59,888 nucleotides of DNA, filler included, from an uncultured bacterium (GCA_964449065.1; 3 parts of 3 records of this genome joined end to end with filler, not necessarily neighbours in it); one strand, 5' to 3'; positions 30,161 through 40,921 are shown, counted from the first letter of the whole stretch. Translations and numbers: made by a program. The notes: generated from the letters alone by a model not told the origin.

Positions 30161-31459
30161 ATGATCATAATTCGTTCGATTTTCATTGCATTCATCATTT
30201 CGGCTACAACTTATGCCGACAACTGGCCGCAATGGCGCGGCCCCACTGCCAACGGCATCTGCCATGAACAAGCCCTGCCATTGGAATGGGGCGTGGAAGA
30301 AAACGTGTTGTGGAAAGTCCCCTTGGACGCTTTGGGCAACAACACGCCCATTGTTTGGGAAGAGAAAATTTTTTTAACCGGTCAAATCGGTCAAGGGCCG
30401 GTACAGCGGTTCCGCGGCACGGGCGGCGGGCAGCGTGAAGACAAAGAAATCACGTTTGTGGTAAAATGCCTCAGCAAAGACGACGGCTCGGTGATATGGG
30501 AAAACCGCATCGCCGCCGATGAAGACCGCGAGGCGGTTCATCCGCTGCACAATTTAGCCACTCCCAGCTGTGTGACCGATGGCGAGCACGTATACGCTTG
30601 GTTCGGAACCGGCCAACTTTTTTGCTACGATTTAGACGGCAATGAAGTGTGGAAACGCAACATCGCGGAAGAATACTCCCCCTTTAAACTTTTGTGGGCG
30701 CATGGCAGTTCCCCCGCGCTGCATGATGAGTTTTTGTATTTGCTGTGCGATCACGATCCGGATTCTTATCTCCTCGCTTTGGATAAAAACACCGGCGAAG
30801 AATTGTGGAAAGCCGATCACGGCAAAGGCAGACGTTCGTACGGTACGCCGCTGGTAATCGATACCGGTGAACGGAACGAATTGATCATCAATTCCAACCC
30901 GAAGGTTCACGCCTACAATCCGAAATCGGGTGAGTTGCTTTGGTCCGCGGATGAGTTCTGCAAAGTGCCGGTACCGATGCCGGTCTATCATAACGGCATG
31001 ATCTACATAAACCGGGGATACCGCAGCAGCCCCTATTTGGCAATCAAACCGGGCGGCTCGGGAGATGTCACCAACACGCATATTGAATGGCGTATGCCCT
31101 CCATGGCGCCGTATGTCTCCTCCTTTTTGTATTACCAAGGCCTGCTATATTTTTCCACCGAAGAAGGGATGATCATGTGTGTGAAACCCGAAAACGGTGA
31201 GCCGGTATGGACGAAAAAGCATGACGAAGTGTTTTGGGCCTCGCCGGTGGCGGGCGATGATAAAATTTATTTTACCAGTGAAGACGGCAGCACCTACGTT
31301 TTAGCCCCGGGGAAAGAATACCAAGAGTTGGCGGTAAATTCCGTGGGCGAAACGGTAATGGCTTCTCCGGCGATTTCCGACCGCATGATGTTTCTTCGCG
31401 GAGAGAACCATTTATTCTGCATCAAACCAAAACCGTTCGCGCGCGACGCGCCGTTTTAA
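30161..31459 (+). CDS. PQQ-like beta-propeller repeat protein
   Basis: Signal peptide then NWPQWRGP..NG; repeated A.D..TG..LW and SP motifs. Confidence 0.9.
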   Translation: MIIIRSIFIAFIISATTYADNWPQWRGPTANGICHEQALPLEWGVEENVLWKVPLDALGNNTPIVWEEKIFLTGQIGQGPVQRFRGTGGGQREDKEITFVVKCLSKDDGSVIWENRIAADEDREAVHPLHNLATPSCVTDGEHVYAWFGTGQLFCYDLDGNEVWKRNIAEEYSPFKLLWAHGSSPALHDEFLYLLCDHDPDSYLLALDKNTGEELWKADHGKGRRSYGTPLVIDTGERNELIINSNPKVHAYNPKSGELLWSADEFCKVPVPMPVYHNGMIYINRGYRSSPYLAIKPGGSGDVTNTHIEWRMPSMAPYVSSFLYYQGLLYFSTEEGMIMCVKPENGEPVWTKKHDEVFWASPVAGDDKIYFTSEDGSTYVLAPGKEYQELAVNSVGETVMASPAISDRMMFLRGENHLFCIKPKPFARDAPF

Positions 31460-31614
31460 ATTCAGTGAAATGTATCATGCGTGGTGTGCATCCACTTCAA
31501 GCTGGTATGTCATTTTATAATTTGTTGTTACGCAATCCATGATTGACGATTGCTTGAAAAATGGTTTTTGTTGTGAGCCAACTATTCTCAGTCAAACGCA
31601 GTGTCTATCGTCTT

Positions 31615-31802
31615 CTCCCTTTGGGAGAAGATAAGAGATGAGGGCGAAGAGAGCGATTGCTCCCCATGACGCAGTCGCGTCATTAGAGGTTTATTCCTCC
31701 CGAACCCTCACACCCCGTCCCTCTCCGGGTGAGCGAGGACGATAGATGCAGCGAACGATGAGAAAAACGGGCATATCATAATGTAGTGCGTAACGTGAGT
31801 TA
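31615..31802 (+). repeat. MITE/REP-doublet repeat family 2, copy 2
   Basis: Aligns with 20196-20381. Confidence 0.85.
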
Positions 31803-31825
31803 GTAAAATTGCGGGCGATTGGTGT

Positions 31826-31956
31826 AGTAAAATAAGTGGTTGCGTTCTTCACAACCCCCTCTATGTCTCCCCCAAGTTTGGGGGAGAAGATATAGCGTTT
31901 TCAATTGAATGCTTCAATCAATGACATTGCCCCCAAACCCCTTAATAAGGGGGGGG
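31826..31956 (+). repeat. hairpin-rich repeat family 3 (inverted, interrupted copy at 52026-52196)
   Basis: TGCGTTCTTCACAACCCCCTCT and GGGAGAAGATAT.GCGTTTTCAA blocks shared with the reverse complement of the 52-kb copy. Confidence 0.75.
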
Positions 31957-32289
31957 AAACAACGACATCTTCTGTCTATCCAACTCTGAAATGCGCTAAT
32001 CTCCTCAACGACGGGCTGACCGGCATTGTCACATCACTACCGATTCCCCGCCCTGCTCAGCGGATGAAGAGACCGGGGTTGTGGTGAAGTTTGAGGGTGA
32101 AAAGGATTTTAAAGTGAGTGAGTTGCTTACGTTTTAAAGATGTAAAATAGGTAGGCTGCTAATACGAGCCCACCTTTTTCATATATCATACTGCCTCAAT
32201 GAAATAATATGCGGTGTGCGGTATCGGCTGGAAGCCGATGCTCCCCTTTTACGGAGGAATCACACAGAATTTATTAGAATCCGTATCAT

Positions 32290-34176
32290 TTACATTTCTT
32301 TCGTTGTAATCCGCTCTACCAATCTGCTGACGTAGCCCGAGGCGCGGTTGGGCGCGTTTTCCCGGTCGGTTGGCAGTTTGGCGATTTGATCCACTACGGA
32401 TTTTGCGCGTTCTCCCATCTTGTCAATTGAGTTCAGTGCGAAGGTTGCTACATAGAACGAGGTGTTGTTTACATTCGCCAGCGGCATCAGCGTATCCAAC
32501 GCTTTTTGGGCATCTTCTTCGCTGCCGTAACGTCCCAATGCTTCCGCGGCAATGATTTTGACCGCCGGGGCAGTGTCTTTGAGGGCGTTCAGTAAAGCAT
32601 CGTGCGCCTGCTTTGTTCCCTGCTCTTCGCGCATGAGGATTCCCATCGCGCCCCAATAGCGCACCGCGCTGTCATCCGCGTTCCGCATCAAATCAATCAG
32701 TTTTGGAGTGGCGCTGGGTTTCAGGAAGGAGGCCAGTTCCGCCGCGTCCATCACCGTTTCAACATCATACCGGTCTGATGTACTCATTTCATAAGGCGTC
32801 ATCCCTTCCGACCGCTCGTGAATTTCGTTTTCCGGTAAGAAACCTAAGTCATTAATGGCTTTGCAGTGTTCCATCTGCGCCATGCGCAGTTTGAGTTTGA
32901 TGGATTGATGATCCGGCGAATCGGCCAGGTTGTGGATTTCATCCGGGTCGTTTTGCAAATCATACAGTTCTTCGGGCGGCTTGGTTTGCCAAAACAGCGA
33001 TTGCGCTTCGTTGAGTTTGCCCTCATCGTACATTTTTTTCCACACTTGCGTAGTCGGCGTGATAAACATGTACCTCAAATGCTGCCCATACACTTTGTGG
33101 GGCATATAATTGCGGATGTAAATGTAGCGTTTGTCGCGTACCGAACGCACCATATCATAGCGTTCATCCATCCGGTCACGGAACGCGAAGTTGAAGGGCT
33201 GCTCTGCTTCGGCATATTCTCCCAAAAACGCGTGTCCCTGCATGTAGTCGGGCGGTTTGATTCCGGCCAGGCTTAACACGGTCGGCGCCAAATCGATAAA
33301 GCCGACAAGCCGGCCGGTTTGGGTTCCGGGCTTGTAATACGATGGAGCCAGATGGCGGAACTTCGGCGGGATGTAAACCATCATCGGTACACGCAGACCG
33401 GAGTTATACGTCCAGCGTTTGCCGCGCGGCAAACCGGGTCCGTGGTCGCCGTAGTAGAACACGATGGTGTCTTCGGCGAGGCCGTCCGCTTCCAACTGTG
33501 CGAGTAAGTCTCCCGCCTGAGCGTCCATCTCGGTCATTTTGTCGTAATACTGTGCCCAGTCTTTGCGCACTTCCGGGGCATCGGGGTGATAGGCTGGAAT
33601 CGGTACCTTGTCCGGATCATGCTGAAAGTCATGCGGGCGTTTGCGGATTTGGCTTTCGTGCGTGGTGGTGAAGTTGAAGATGGCAAAAAAGGGCTGCCCC
33701 TCTTCGCGGTTGCGCCAGTGCCCCTGCCGGCTGGATTCATCCCACACCTTGCCGGGTTTTTCGAGGTTGTAATCTTCTTTGGAATTGTTGGTGCAATAGT
33801 AGCCCGCTTCACGCAGATATTGCGGGTACATCTTCATGCCAGGCGGCATTTTCACTTGACTGCGCATGTGCTGCGCGCCCATGCAGGTCGGGTACACGCC
33901 GGAAATAATTGTGGTACGAGCCGGGGCGCAAACCGGGGCGGTTGACCAGGCGTTGAGAAAGACAATCCCCTTTTCGGCGAGAGCGTCGAGGTTCGGCGTA
34001 TCGGCGAAATCATAGCCATAGCAGCCCAAATGCGGGCCGTTGTCTTCGCTGGTGATCCATAAAATGTTCGGGCGCGCATTCTCCTGCGCGTTGGCTGGAT
34101 TGTTCAAGAGCGCGTTGGCGGTCACGGCAGCCGCGGCGCCGGAAAGAAACGAGCGGCGTTTGAGTGTATCGTTCAT
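32290..34176 (-). CDS. Tat-exported sulfatase with C-terminal HEAT repeats
   Basis: KRRSFL; PNILWITSED; CAPAR; GDHG; PPEELYDL; HEAT-like AVRYWG and AAEALG. Confidence 0.92.
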   Translation of the reverse strand: MNDTLKRRSFLSGAAAAVTANALLNNPANAQENARPNILWITSEDNGPHLGCYGYDFADTPNLDALAEKGIVFLNAWSTAPVCAPARTTIISGVYPTCMGAQHMRSQVKMPPGMKMYPQYLREAGYYCTNNSKEDYNLEKPGKVWDESSRQGHWRNREEGQPFFAIFNFTTTHESQIRKRPHDFQHDPDKVPIPAYHPDAPEVRKDWAQYYDKMTEMDAQAGDLLAQLEADGLAEDTIVFYYGDHGPGLPRGKRWTYNSGLRVPMMVYIPPKFRHLAPSYYKPGTQTGRLVGFIDLAPTVLSLAGIKPPDYMQGHAFLGEYAEAEQPFNFAFRDRMDERYDMVRSVRDKRYIYIRNYMPHKVYGQHLRYMFITPTTQVWKKMYDEGKLNEAQSLFWQTKPPEELYDLQNDPDEIHNLADSPDHQSIKLKLRMAQMEHCKAINDLGFLPENEIHERSEGMTPYEMSTSDRYDVETVMDAAELASFLKPSATPKLIDLMRNADDSAVRYWGAMGILMREEQGTKQAHDALLNALKDTAPAVKIIAAEALGRYGSEEDAQKALDTLMPLANVNNTSFYVATFALNSIDKMGERAKSVVDQIAKLPTDRENAPNRASGYVSRLVERITTKEM

Positions 34177-34340
34177 GAGTCATCTCCCCTTTTGAAATCA
34201 AATGCAAGTTCAACTATCCATTATGCAGAAAAAGCAGGGATTCGTCTACGTGCAAAGAAATCTATTTAAAGTAAAAAACTTTATCAAACATAAACAATCA
34301 TTTGGTAGATTGATCTTGAAAATATAATGGAGGATGAGTC

Positions 34341-35282
34341 ATGAATAAATTGTTTGGTCTTGTGTTGGCATTATTCATCATAGGAAGTGCCGCGGTATGG
34401 GGCAGCGGCCATAAAGACGTTAAATCGGTCGAAGTGCCGGATATGGAACCAGTCGATTTAAAGCCTTATGCCCGCTTGGGCAAGTATGCCGATATCGAAC
34501 CCTCCGGCATCATCAAAAGCCGGGTGTATGATAATGTGTACTATACCCAAAACGATTCCGGCGATGAACCGCGCATCTTCGCACATAGCCGGAACGGCGA
34601 AATTTACTCGACTGATGACGACAAAAAAGTGGGCATCCGCATCCCGGATGCGGTGAATGTGGATTGGGAAGATATCGCCATCGACAACCATGGCCACATC
34701 ATCATCGGCGATGTGGGCAACCGCGGCATCAATAACCGCCGCGACTTTTGCCTGTATTGGGTGCTGGAACCGCATCCCCAAACCAACCGCATCAGCGTGC
34801 TGAAAAAAATCTTCTACACCTATCCGGATTACCCGCATTATTCCCAGTTCCCATTGGTTGAGCAAAACAACAACAACTTTGATTGCGAAGGCATCTTTTG
34901 GGCGAACGGAAAGGTGTACATCCTCACTAAAAATCGAGCGAATCCGCTGACAAGCCTGTACCGTTTGGATACCGAACAGCCGTTTGTGGTCAACCGGCTA
35001 ACCTATTTGGACGCCTTTGAAATCCAAGGCAAAACAACCGGTGCGGACGCGACTCCAGACGGCACCAAAGTGGTCATCACCACCTACAAAGCCATCTGGT
35101 TGTTTGAGGCCGAACCGGGTAAGGATGACTACTTTGACGGCAAGATATCCTGGCTTCCGATTGATACCGGGCAAAACGAGGCGGTGTGTTTTGACGGCGA
35201 TATGCTGATCATCTCATCCGGCGAAGGCATCGGTGATTTGTATGAAGTACCGCTGAGTGATTTGATTGTTGTGAAAGAGTAA
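34341..35282 (+). CDS. secreted putative beta-propeller protein
   Basis: Signal peptide; E.SG, NDSG, DWEDIA, GDVGN, FDCE motifs; GGAGGA RBS. Confidence 0.7.
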   Translation: MNKLFGLVLALFIIGSAAVWGSGHKDVKSVEVPDMEPVDLKPYARLGKYADIEPSGIIKSRVYDNVYYTQNDSGDEPRIFAHSRNGEIYSTDDDKKVGIRIPDAVNVDWEDIAIDNHGHIIIGDVGNRGINNRRDFCLYWVLEPHPQTNRISVLKKIFYTYPDYPHYSQFPLVEQNNNNFDCEGIFWANGKVYILTKNRANPLTSLYRLDTEQPFVVNRLTYLDAFEIQGKTTGADATPDGTKVVITTYKAIWLFEAEPGKDDYFDGKISWLPIDTGQNEAVCFDGDMLIISSGEGIGDLYEVPLSDLIVVKE

Positions 35283-35311
35283 TCCGGCCCGGCGGGAGCC
35301 TCGCCCTCCCA
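35282..35311 (-). repeat. REP-like element, second copy
   Basis: Reverse complement TGGGAGGGCGAGGCTCCCGCCGGGCCGGAT. Confidence 0.7.
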
Positions 35312-35366
35312 CGCTTTTACCGATTTAGTACAATGGGGCAATCATTTCACATGGTTGCTCTATTTC

Positions 35367-36269
35367 ATGATCTATCATCTCATATACAATTCCAATGCAG
35401 CAAGGGGAACAACCAAACGGTTGATCCCGCACATCGTTACTTCGCTAAGCAGTGACGGGCAGAATCTTGAATTGCATGAAACCGCTTATCCACACCATGC
35501 AACGGAAATCACATCTACAATCTTTGCTGACACACAAACCTATATCATCGCTATAGGCGGCGACGGCACCGCATCCGAAGTCATGAACGGGATCATGCGG
35601 AATCCCCAGCGGGAAAATATTGTATTGGGGATCATTCCCTGCGGAACCGGTAATGATTTTCTGAAAGATTATGAAATCTATACGGTCGAGGAGGCTTTAA
35701 AGCGTATTCAAAAGAACCAACCTTCTACGCTGGATATAGGAAAGATCACATGGCTAGATTCACCCAACATTGAGCCGGTTTATTTCATGAACATATTTGG
35801 GACCGGTGTGATTGCCGAAGGGGCACGCCTGCGGCGTGATGTCTATTCGTGGGCCGGTAAATGCGGATACCATTTTGCGTTTGTTCACATGCTTCCCGGA
35901 TTGCGGGAACAAGCGGTCACATTGCAAATGGATGGAGGAGAGAAAATCAATCCAAAGATATCCGTGCTGTCAGTATGCAATTCGCAATACACCGGCAATG
36001 GAATGCGCATCTCTCCCGTTTCAAGTACATCCGATGGAAAGCTGGATTTGTTGTACACCGAAAACCTTAGCCGATGGGAACTGTTAAAACTCTTCGTTTC
36101 GCTGCCGTCCGGCAAACATTTGCAGCATCCCAAAATTCGGCACATACCGTTTAAAAAAATGGTATTGGAGATGGATAAAGAACAGTACGTTATGATGGAC
36201 GGCGAAGTGAAACGCGGCAGAAGCATTGAAATCGAGATTCTGCCGCGTATGGTTCAATTCTTATCGTAA
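35367..36269 (+). CDS. diacylglycerol/lipid kinase family protein (YegS/BmrU-like)
   Basis: GGDGT.SEV.NG, IPCGTGNDF, N.QYTGNG, DG.LD, DGE. Confidence 0.9.
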   Translation: MIYHLIYNSNAARGTTKRLIPHIVTSLSSDGQNLELHETAYPHHATEITSTIFADTQTYIIAIGGDGTASEVMNGIMRNPQRENIVLGIIPCGTGNDFLKDYEIYTVEEALKRIQKNQPSTLDIGKITWLDSPNIEPVYFMNIFGTGVIAEGARLRRDVYSWAGKCGYHFAFVHMLPGLREQAVTLQMDGGEKINPKISVLSVCNSQYTGNGMRISPVSSTSDGKLDLLYTENLSRWELLKLFVSLPSGKHLQHPKIRHIPFKKMVLEMDKEQYVMMDGEVKRGRSIEIEILPRMVQFLS

Positions 36270-36274
36270 TGTGC

Positions 36275-37090
36275 TCACCCCTGATTGATGTAGGGATAGC
36301 TGCTGGCGAATCCGCCCATCAATTTCATCATATAGTAGTAAAAGTTGCCTTCGACATCCCGGAACCAAGCGAACTGATTGGCATCTCCCACAAAGGGGCG
36401 CAGCGACCATGCCAGTTGGGTGCCGACAAACGCGTATATTCCCATCCAAATCACCAATATCCAATTGTTCGGCGTTTCTTCTTGTTTTGCGGTGATGTAC
36501 TCCATCCCTTTCCATAACAGGGTGATGCCAAACAGCCCCGCGATGCCGCACATTGATACGTTGAGGAGCGTGGTAAAATCATGGCTGCTGGCGGTGATAA
36601 TAAAGAACAGGATGATGGGCGCGAAGGAAACCAGGATGAGAGAAATTAAAAAGGTCTTCACCATCAACATCGCAACAATTTGTTTGAGCGAAAGTTTTGA
36701 ACCCAGCAACACGTTAAAGGTGTACAACGCCGGGGCGCAGATCGCGAGAGTCAAAAAGAACAGCACCGGAATCTTGCATGCGGAGGAGAGAATTTGCAGC
36801 TGCCCCGCGTATACTCCCAAACAAGCGCCATAGGTCATTAAAAACAATAATGCCAATCCGGCGAAGTAGCCGATCATTCCGTTCAGGTTGTGCTCCTTGT
36901 AAATGGCATCGAAGAGCGCATAGCGGTCCCGCAGAAGCATCTGGCTGTAATTTTCCGTTTGAATCCGTTGTCGCGGTTTGACCGATTCTTTCGCTGCCGG
37001 TTCCGCATTGGGATTGGGACTGTACTCGGTTGCGCTTTCGTTGGGGATGAAACTGTCGGCGGTAATTTTTGGAATGTTTTCTTGCGGCAT
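36275..37090 (-). CDS. integral membrane protein of unknown function
   Basis: About five TM segments; conserved-looking C-terminal VGTQLAWSLRPFVG; RBS before ATG 37090. Confidence 0.75.
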   Translation of the reverse strand: MPQENIPKITADSFIPNESATEYSPNPNAEPAAKESVKPRQRIQTENYSQMLLRDRYALFDAIYKEHNLNGMIGYFAGLALLFLMTYGACLGVYAGQLQILSSACKIPVLFFLTLAICAPALYTFNVLLGSKLSLKQIVAMLMVKTFLISLILVSFAPIILFFIITASSHDFTTLLNVSMCGIAGLFGITLLWKGMEYITAKQEETPNNWILVIWMGIYAFVGTQLAWSLRPFVGDANQFAWFRDVEGNFYYYMMKLMGGFASSYPYINQG

Positions 37091-37309
37091 GGTCTCTCCC
37101 TTTCCATCATTGAATTGTTCCCTCAATCAACCGGTACAATACATCAACATCCCATTTTGATCAGAAACGGAATGCATACAAAATTGTAACGGATTTTTTG
37201 GCGGATAGCAAAACATTTATTTCAGAAGCACCAAACACGGCGCCATCGCAATCCGTGAGCACACATTTTGCTGTTATAATTAAGCAGAACAAAAAATGAG
37301 GAGACACAA

Positions 37310-38419
37310 ATGATTGTTGGAATCCCGAAAGAAATTAAAGACCATGAATACCGCGTATCGGTTACCCCCGCGGGTGTGCAGCAATTGGTGCAGGCCGGGC
37401 ATGAAGTTATTGTGCAGCAAGGCGCCGGCAAAGGCTCATCCCTGCACGATGAAGATTATAAAAAAGCCGGAGCCTCTTTAGCCAAAACCGCGAAGAAGGT
37501 GTTCGACAAAGCGGATATGATCGTCAAAGTCAAAGAACCACAAGAAACGGAATACACCCTGTTGCGAAAAGATCAGATCTTGTTCACATACCTGCACTTA
37601 GCGGCCGATAAACAACTCACCCAAGAGCTGATAAAGCGAAAGGTGATTAGCATCGGCTACGAAACCGTGCACCTCAAAGATGGCACTCTCCCTTTACTGA
37701 CACCGATGAGCGAAGTGGCGGGACGGATGGCCGTGCATGAAGGCGCCAAGTATTTGGAAAGCGCCCGCGGGGGAAAAGGGGTACTGCTCAGCGGTGTTCC
37801 TGGAGTGCGTGCCGGTACGGTAACGGTATTGGGTGGAGGTGTCGCCGGTCTCAACGCGGCAAAAGTCGCCGAAGGTTTAGGCGCTAAAGTCACAGTGCTG
37901 GATATTTCCCTCCCCCGCTTGCGTTACATCGATGATATTCTTCCAAAAATAAATACAATACGGTACACACCACTCGCGTTGGAAGAGTTGTTGCCGCAAA
38001 CCGATGTACTTATCTGCACGGTTTTGGTGAAAGGAGCCAAAGCCCCTAAGCTGGTGACGCGCAAAATGCTGCAATTGTTGGAAGCCGGATCGGTGATTGT
38101 GGATATCAGCATTGATCAAGGCGGCTGTACCGAAACCAGCAAACCCACAACGCATTCCGATCCAACGTACATTGTGGATGGAATCGTTCACTATTGCGTC
38201 GCGAACATGCCCGGCGCGGTCGCGCATACATCCACCTACGCATTGACGAATGCAACGTTCCCCTATGTAAAGGAGATAGCGGACAACGGTTGGCAAAAAG
38301 CATGTGAGATGGATGAGCCGCTTTCGAAAGGTGTGCATACCGTAAACGGCAGATTAACCGAAGAAGCGGTCGCGCAAGCGTTTAAGATGAAATACACTCC
38401 GCTTGCGGATGCGGTATAA
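37310..38419 (+). CDS. ald: alanine dehydrogenase
   Basis: GIPKEIK..EYRV, VKVKEP, FTYLHLA, PMSEVAGR, DQGGC, HYCVANMPGAV. Confidence 0.97.
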   Translation: MIVGIPKEIKDHEYRVSVTPAGVQQLVQAGHEVIVQQGAGKGSSLHDEDYKKAGASLAKTAKKVFDKADMIVKVKEPQETEYTLLRKDQILFTYLHLAADKQLTQELIKRKVISIGYETVHLKDGTLPLLTPMSEVAGRMAVHEGAKYLESARGGKGVLLSGVPGVRAGTVTVLGGGVAGLNAAKVAEGLGAKVTVLDISLPRLRYIDDILPKINTIRYTPLALEELLPQTDVLICTVLVKGAKAPKLVTRKMLQLLEAGSVIVDISIDQGGCTETSKPTTHSDPTYIVDGIVHYCVANMPGAVAHTSTYALTNATFPYVKEIADNGWQKACEMDEPLSKGVHTVNGRLTEEAVAQAFKMKYTPLADAV

Positions 38420-38438
38420 ACAACAAATAAAAAACAAG

Positions 38439-38467
38439 AAAAGGACGGTGACGAACCGTCCTTTTTT
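38439..38467. terminator. bidirectional terminator between ald and trxA
   Basis: AAAAGGACGGT-GACGA-ACCGTCCTTTT. Confidence 0.85.
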
Positions 38468-38490
38468 CATATCTCATTGATAAGATGGAA

Positions 38491-38820
38491 TTACGCGGTC
38501 ACCGCCTCATTCAGCGCGTCGGTGAATTCTTGTTTCATCGATGGGGTGTAGCCTTGCCACTTTTTGGCGACTTCACCATTCTTGAACAAGAGGATTGTCG
38601 GCACGGCCATCACACCGTATTTGGAAGCGGCTTCCATATTCTTTTCAACATCTATTGAAACCACTTTGGCTTTGCCGTCAAATTCTCCCGCCAATTCATC
38701 GATAACCGGAGCCAACTGTTGACAAGGACCGCACCAGGTGGCGTTAAAATCCGCCAGTACCGGAACATCGGATTGCATCACTTCTGCTTCAAAGTTGCCA
38801 TCAATTTCTTTCGCGCTCAT
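38491..38820 (-). CDS. trxA: thioredoxin
   Basis: WCGPC; ~109 aa from MSAKEI; AAGGAG RBS. Confidence 0.93.
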   Translation of the reverse strand: MSAKEIDGNFEAEVMQSDVPVLADFNATWCGPCQQLAPVIDELAGEFDGKAKVVSIDVEKNMEAASKYGVMAVPTILLFKNGEVAKKWQGYTPSMKQEFTDALNEAVTA

Positions 38821-39067
38821 ATTCAATTCTCCTTTGGTTAAAATCGTGAGATGATTGTATCCCGTAAATATGCAAATCAAAAAAATACTTGTTATAACAA
38901 CTATAAATTATTTTCCCGATTCTTCAAAGAATTATATCGGGCAAGATGGTGTGTACAAGGAATAAAATAAAAATCATGTGATTCTGTCTACATTCCCGGC
39001 GCACTAGGATGAATGCGGAAAAATAATGATAATGGGAATTATGTCAATACGCTCTTATGATTGAGTA

Positions 39068-40123
39068 TTGTTTATGATTCGGCTCAACCGGTTTTTGGAT
39101 ACGTTAGGGATTGGGATCATCTTATTGATTCTGGTGGCGTTTTTTTCCGTGCAGGCGGAAGGCTTTTTTTCGACCTCCAACTTGTCCAATGTATTTGTGC
39201 AGGCTTCCGTTATTTTGATCATCGCCACTGGAATGACCTTCGTCATCAGTTGCGCGGAAATCGATCTCTCTGTCGGTTCACTCATGGCGCTCTGTGGGAT
39301 GTTCACCGCACTTGCATTGCGCATTGATGCAGAAAGCGGAATGAACCTGCCGATGTGGGCGGGCAGTTTTGTGGGAGAACCCTATAGCGTCTTGTGGTGG
39401 CTCATGGCCGGGTTGGTGTTTGCCTTGGCGGCGCTTTTGCCCGGCGCCGTCTGCGGATCGGTATCCGGACTGATCATCGTCTCATTCGGAGTCCCCAGTT
39501 TTATCGTGACTCTTGGTTTTATGATGATCTACCGCGGCTTGGCCCGCTACCTGACCGATGCTTCACCCGTCTATGGAATGCCCATCGGTTTTATGCAACT
39601 CGATTCAGGCAGCGTATTCGCTTGGGGCGGTTTGCGCTTGTCTTACTCGCTGCTGCTGGCGCTGTTGATCGTACTTGCAGGGCATTTATTATTAACGCAC
39701 ACTCAATTCGGGCGGCATGTGTTGTCGGTCGGCGGCAACAGACAGGCTTCGTATTTAAGCGGCGTGAGTGTGTTCCGCACGAAATTTTTTGTGTTTGTGA
39801 TTTCCGGTTTTTTGGCGGGCATTGCCGCTATTGTTGAAACCTCCCGTCTTTTCATTGGCAATCCCAACGGCGGCGAGGGCTATGAGCTGGATGCCATCGC
39901 GGCGGTTATCATCGGGGGAACCAGCCTTTTCGGCGGCAAAGGCTCCGTACTCGGAACCTTTTTTGGGGCATTAATTATACGGGTGCTGCACAACGGCATG
40001 GATTTTATGGATGTAAGCCACCACACCAAACAAATCGTTATCGGCAGTATGATCATATTCGCCGTACTGCTGGATTACCTGCGGCAGCGGCTGCATTCCA
40101 CTCATAAAGGAAAAGAAGTGTAA
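39068..40123 (+). CDS. sugar ABC transporter permease (RbsC family)
   Basis: GMTFVI...IDLSVGS, VPSFIVTLG, GGN..AS.LSGV, YELDAIAAVIIGGTSL.GG.G. Confidence 0.92.
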   Translation: MFMIRLNRFLDTLGIGIILLILVAFFSVQAEGFFSTSNLSNVFVQASVILIIATGMTFVISCAEIDLSVGSLMALCGMFTALALRIDAESGMNLPMWAGSFVGEPYSVLWWLMAGLVFALAALLPGAVCGSVSGLIIVSFGVPSFIVTLGFMMIYRGLARYLTDASPVYGMPIGFMQLDSGSVFAWGGLRLSYSLLLALLIVLAGHLLLTHTQFGRHVLSVGGNRQASYLSGVSVFRTKFFVFVISGFLAGIAAIVETSRLFIGNPNGGEGYELDAIAAVIIGGTSLFGGKGSVLGTFFGALIIRVLHNGMDFMDVSHHTKQIVIGSMIIFAVLLDYLRQRLHSTHKGKEV

Positions 40124-40196
40124 ACCTAAAAACAGGGATTAGGGATTAGTAGTCTGTCAATCAAAAAATGACGGCTGGCTATCCGTTGTTCCCCCC

Positions 40197-40296
40197 NNNN
40201 NNNNNNNNNNNNNNNNNNNNNNNNNNNNNNNNNNNNNNNNTTAATTAATTAANNNNNNNNNNNNNNNNNNNNNNNNNNNNNNNNNNNNNNNNNNNN
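40197..40296. other. artificial contig-joining linker
   Basis: Same 100-nt N44-TTAATTAATTAA-N44 linker. Confidence 0.97.
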
Positions 40297-40333
40297 GTGT
40301 TTTTCACTTCGATGAATACGTGAGGATGTTTTG

Positions 40334-40921
40334 ATGAGCGAGTGGAAAGAACCATTTTTAGAGGATATTGCTTTGATTAATCCTACTGAATCATTGAGTA
40401 AAGGTACAAAAGTAAAATAAGTATCAATGACTGATCTTCAACCTTGGACTAAAAGAATACCAAATAATACCTTTGAAGAATTTAATGGGGGTATGAAATT
40501 TAGAAATGGCGATACTTTAGTTTTAAGAATTACACCTTGTCTTGTAAATGGCAAAACATGATTTGTAACAAATTTAGATGATGAAGAAATCGGTTGGGGT
40601 TCTACAAAATATATTGTGATTAGAATGAAAGACAAGTTTCATCCATTTCTTTCATATACCATAGCAAAAGATAAAGATTTTAGGGACTTTGCAATCGGAA
40701 GCATGACTGGTTCAAGTGGTGGGCAAAGAGCACAGGAAGAAGTAATCAAAGAATACGAAATCAAAGTTCCGCCAGAAGAAATAACAGATCAAATAAATTA
40801 ACAATTTGAATGCATATTATCAAAATTGATCAATAACGCAAATCAAATTCGAACTCTTGAAAATCTCCGGGATACCCTTTTGCCAAAGCTGATGAGCGGT
40901 GAAGTGAGAGTAGAGCATTGA
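40334..40921 (+). pseudogene. hsdS: type I restriction-modification specificity subunit pseudogene (single TRD)
   Basis: One frame reads MSEWKE...KFRNGDTL..RITPCL.NGKT...MTGSSG.QR...LRDTLLPKLMSGEVRV, with in-frame stops at 40418, 40559 and 40799. Confidence 0.88.

Noticed and set aside
40135..40196. GGGATTAGGGATTAG and TAGTCTGTCAA at the end of contig 2
   Set aside because: Possibly the start of a repeat or IS cut by the contig end, but too short to assign
40334..40921. Stop-codon reassignment explaining the in-frame stops in hsdS
   Set aside because: The stops are mixed (TAA, TGA, TAA) and both codons terminate normal genes in the window
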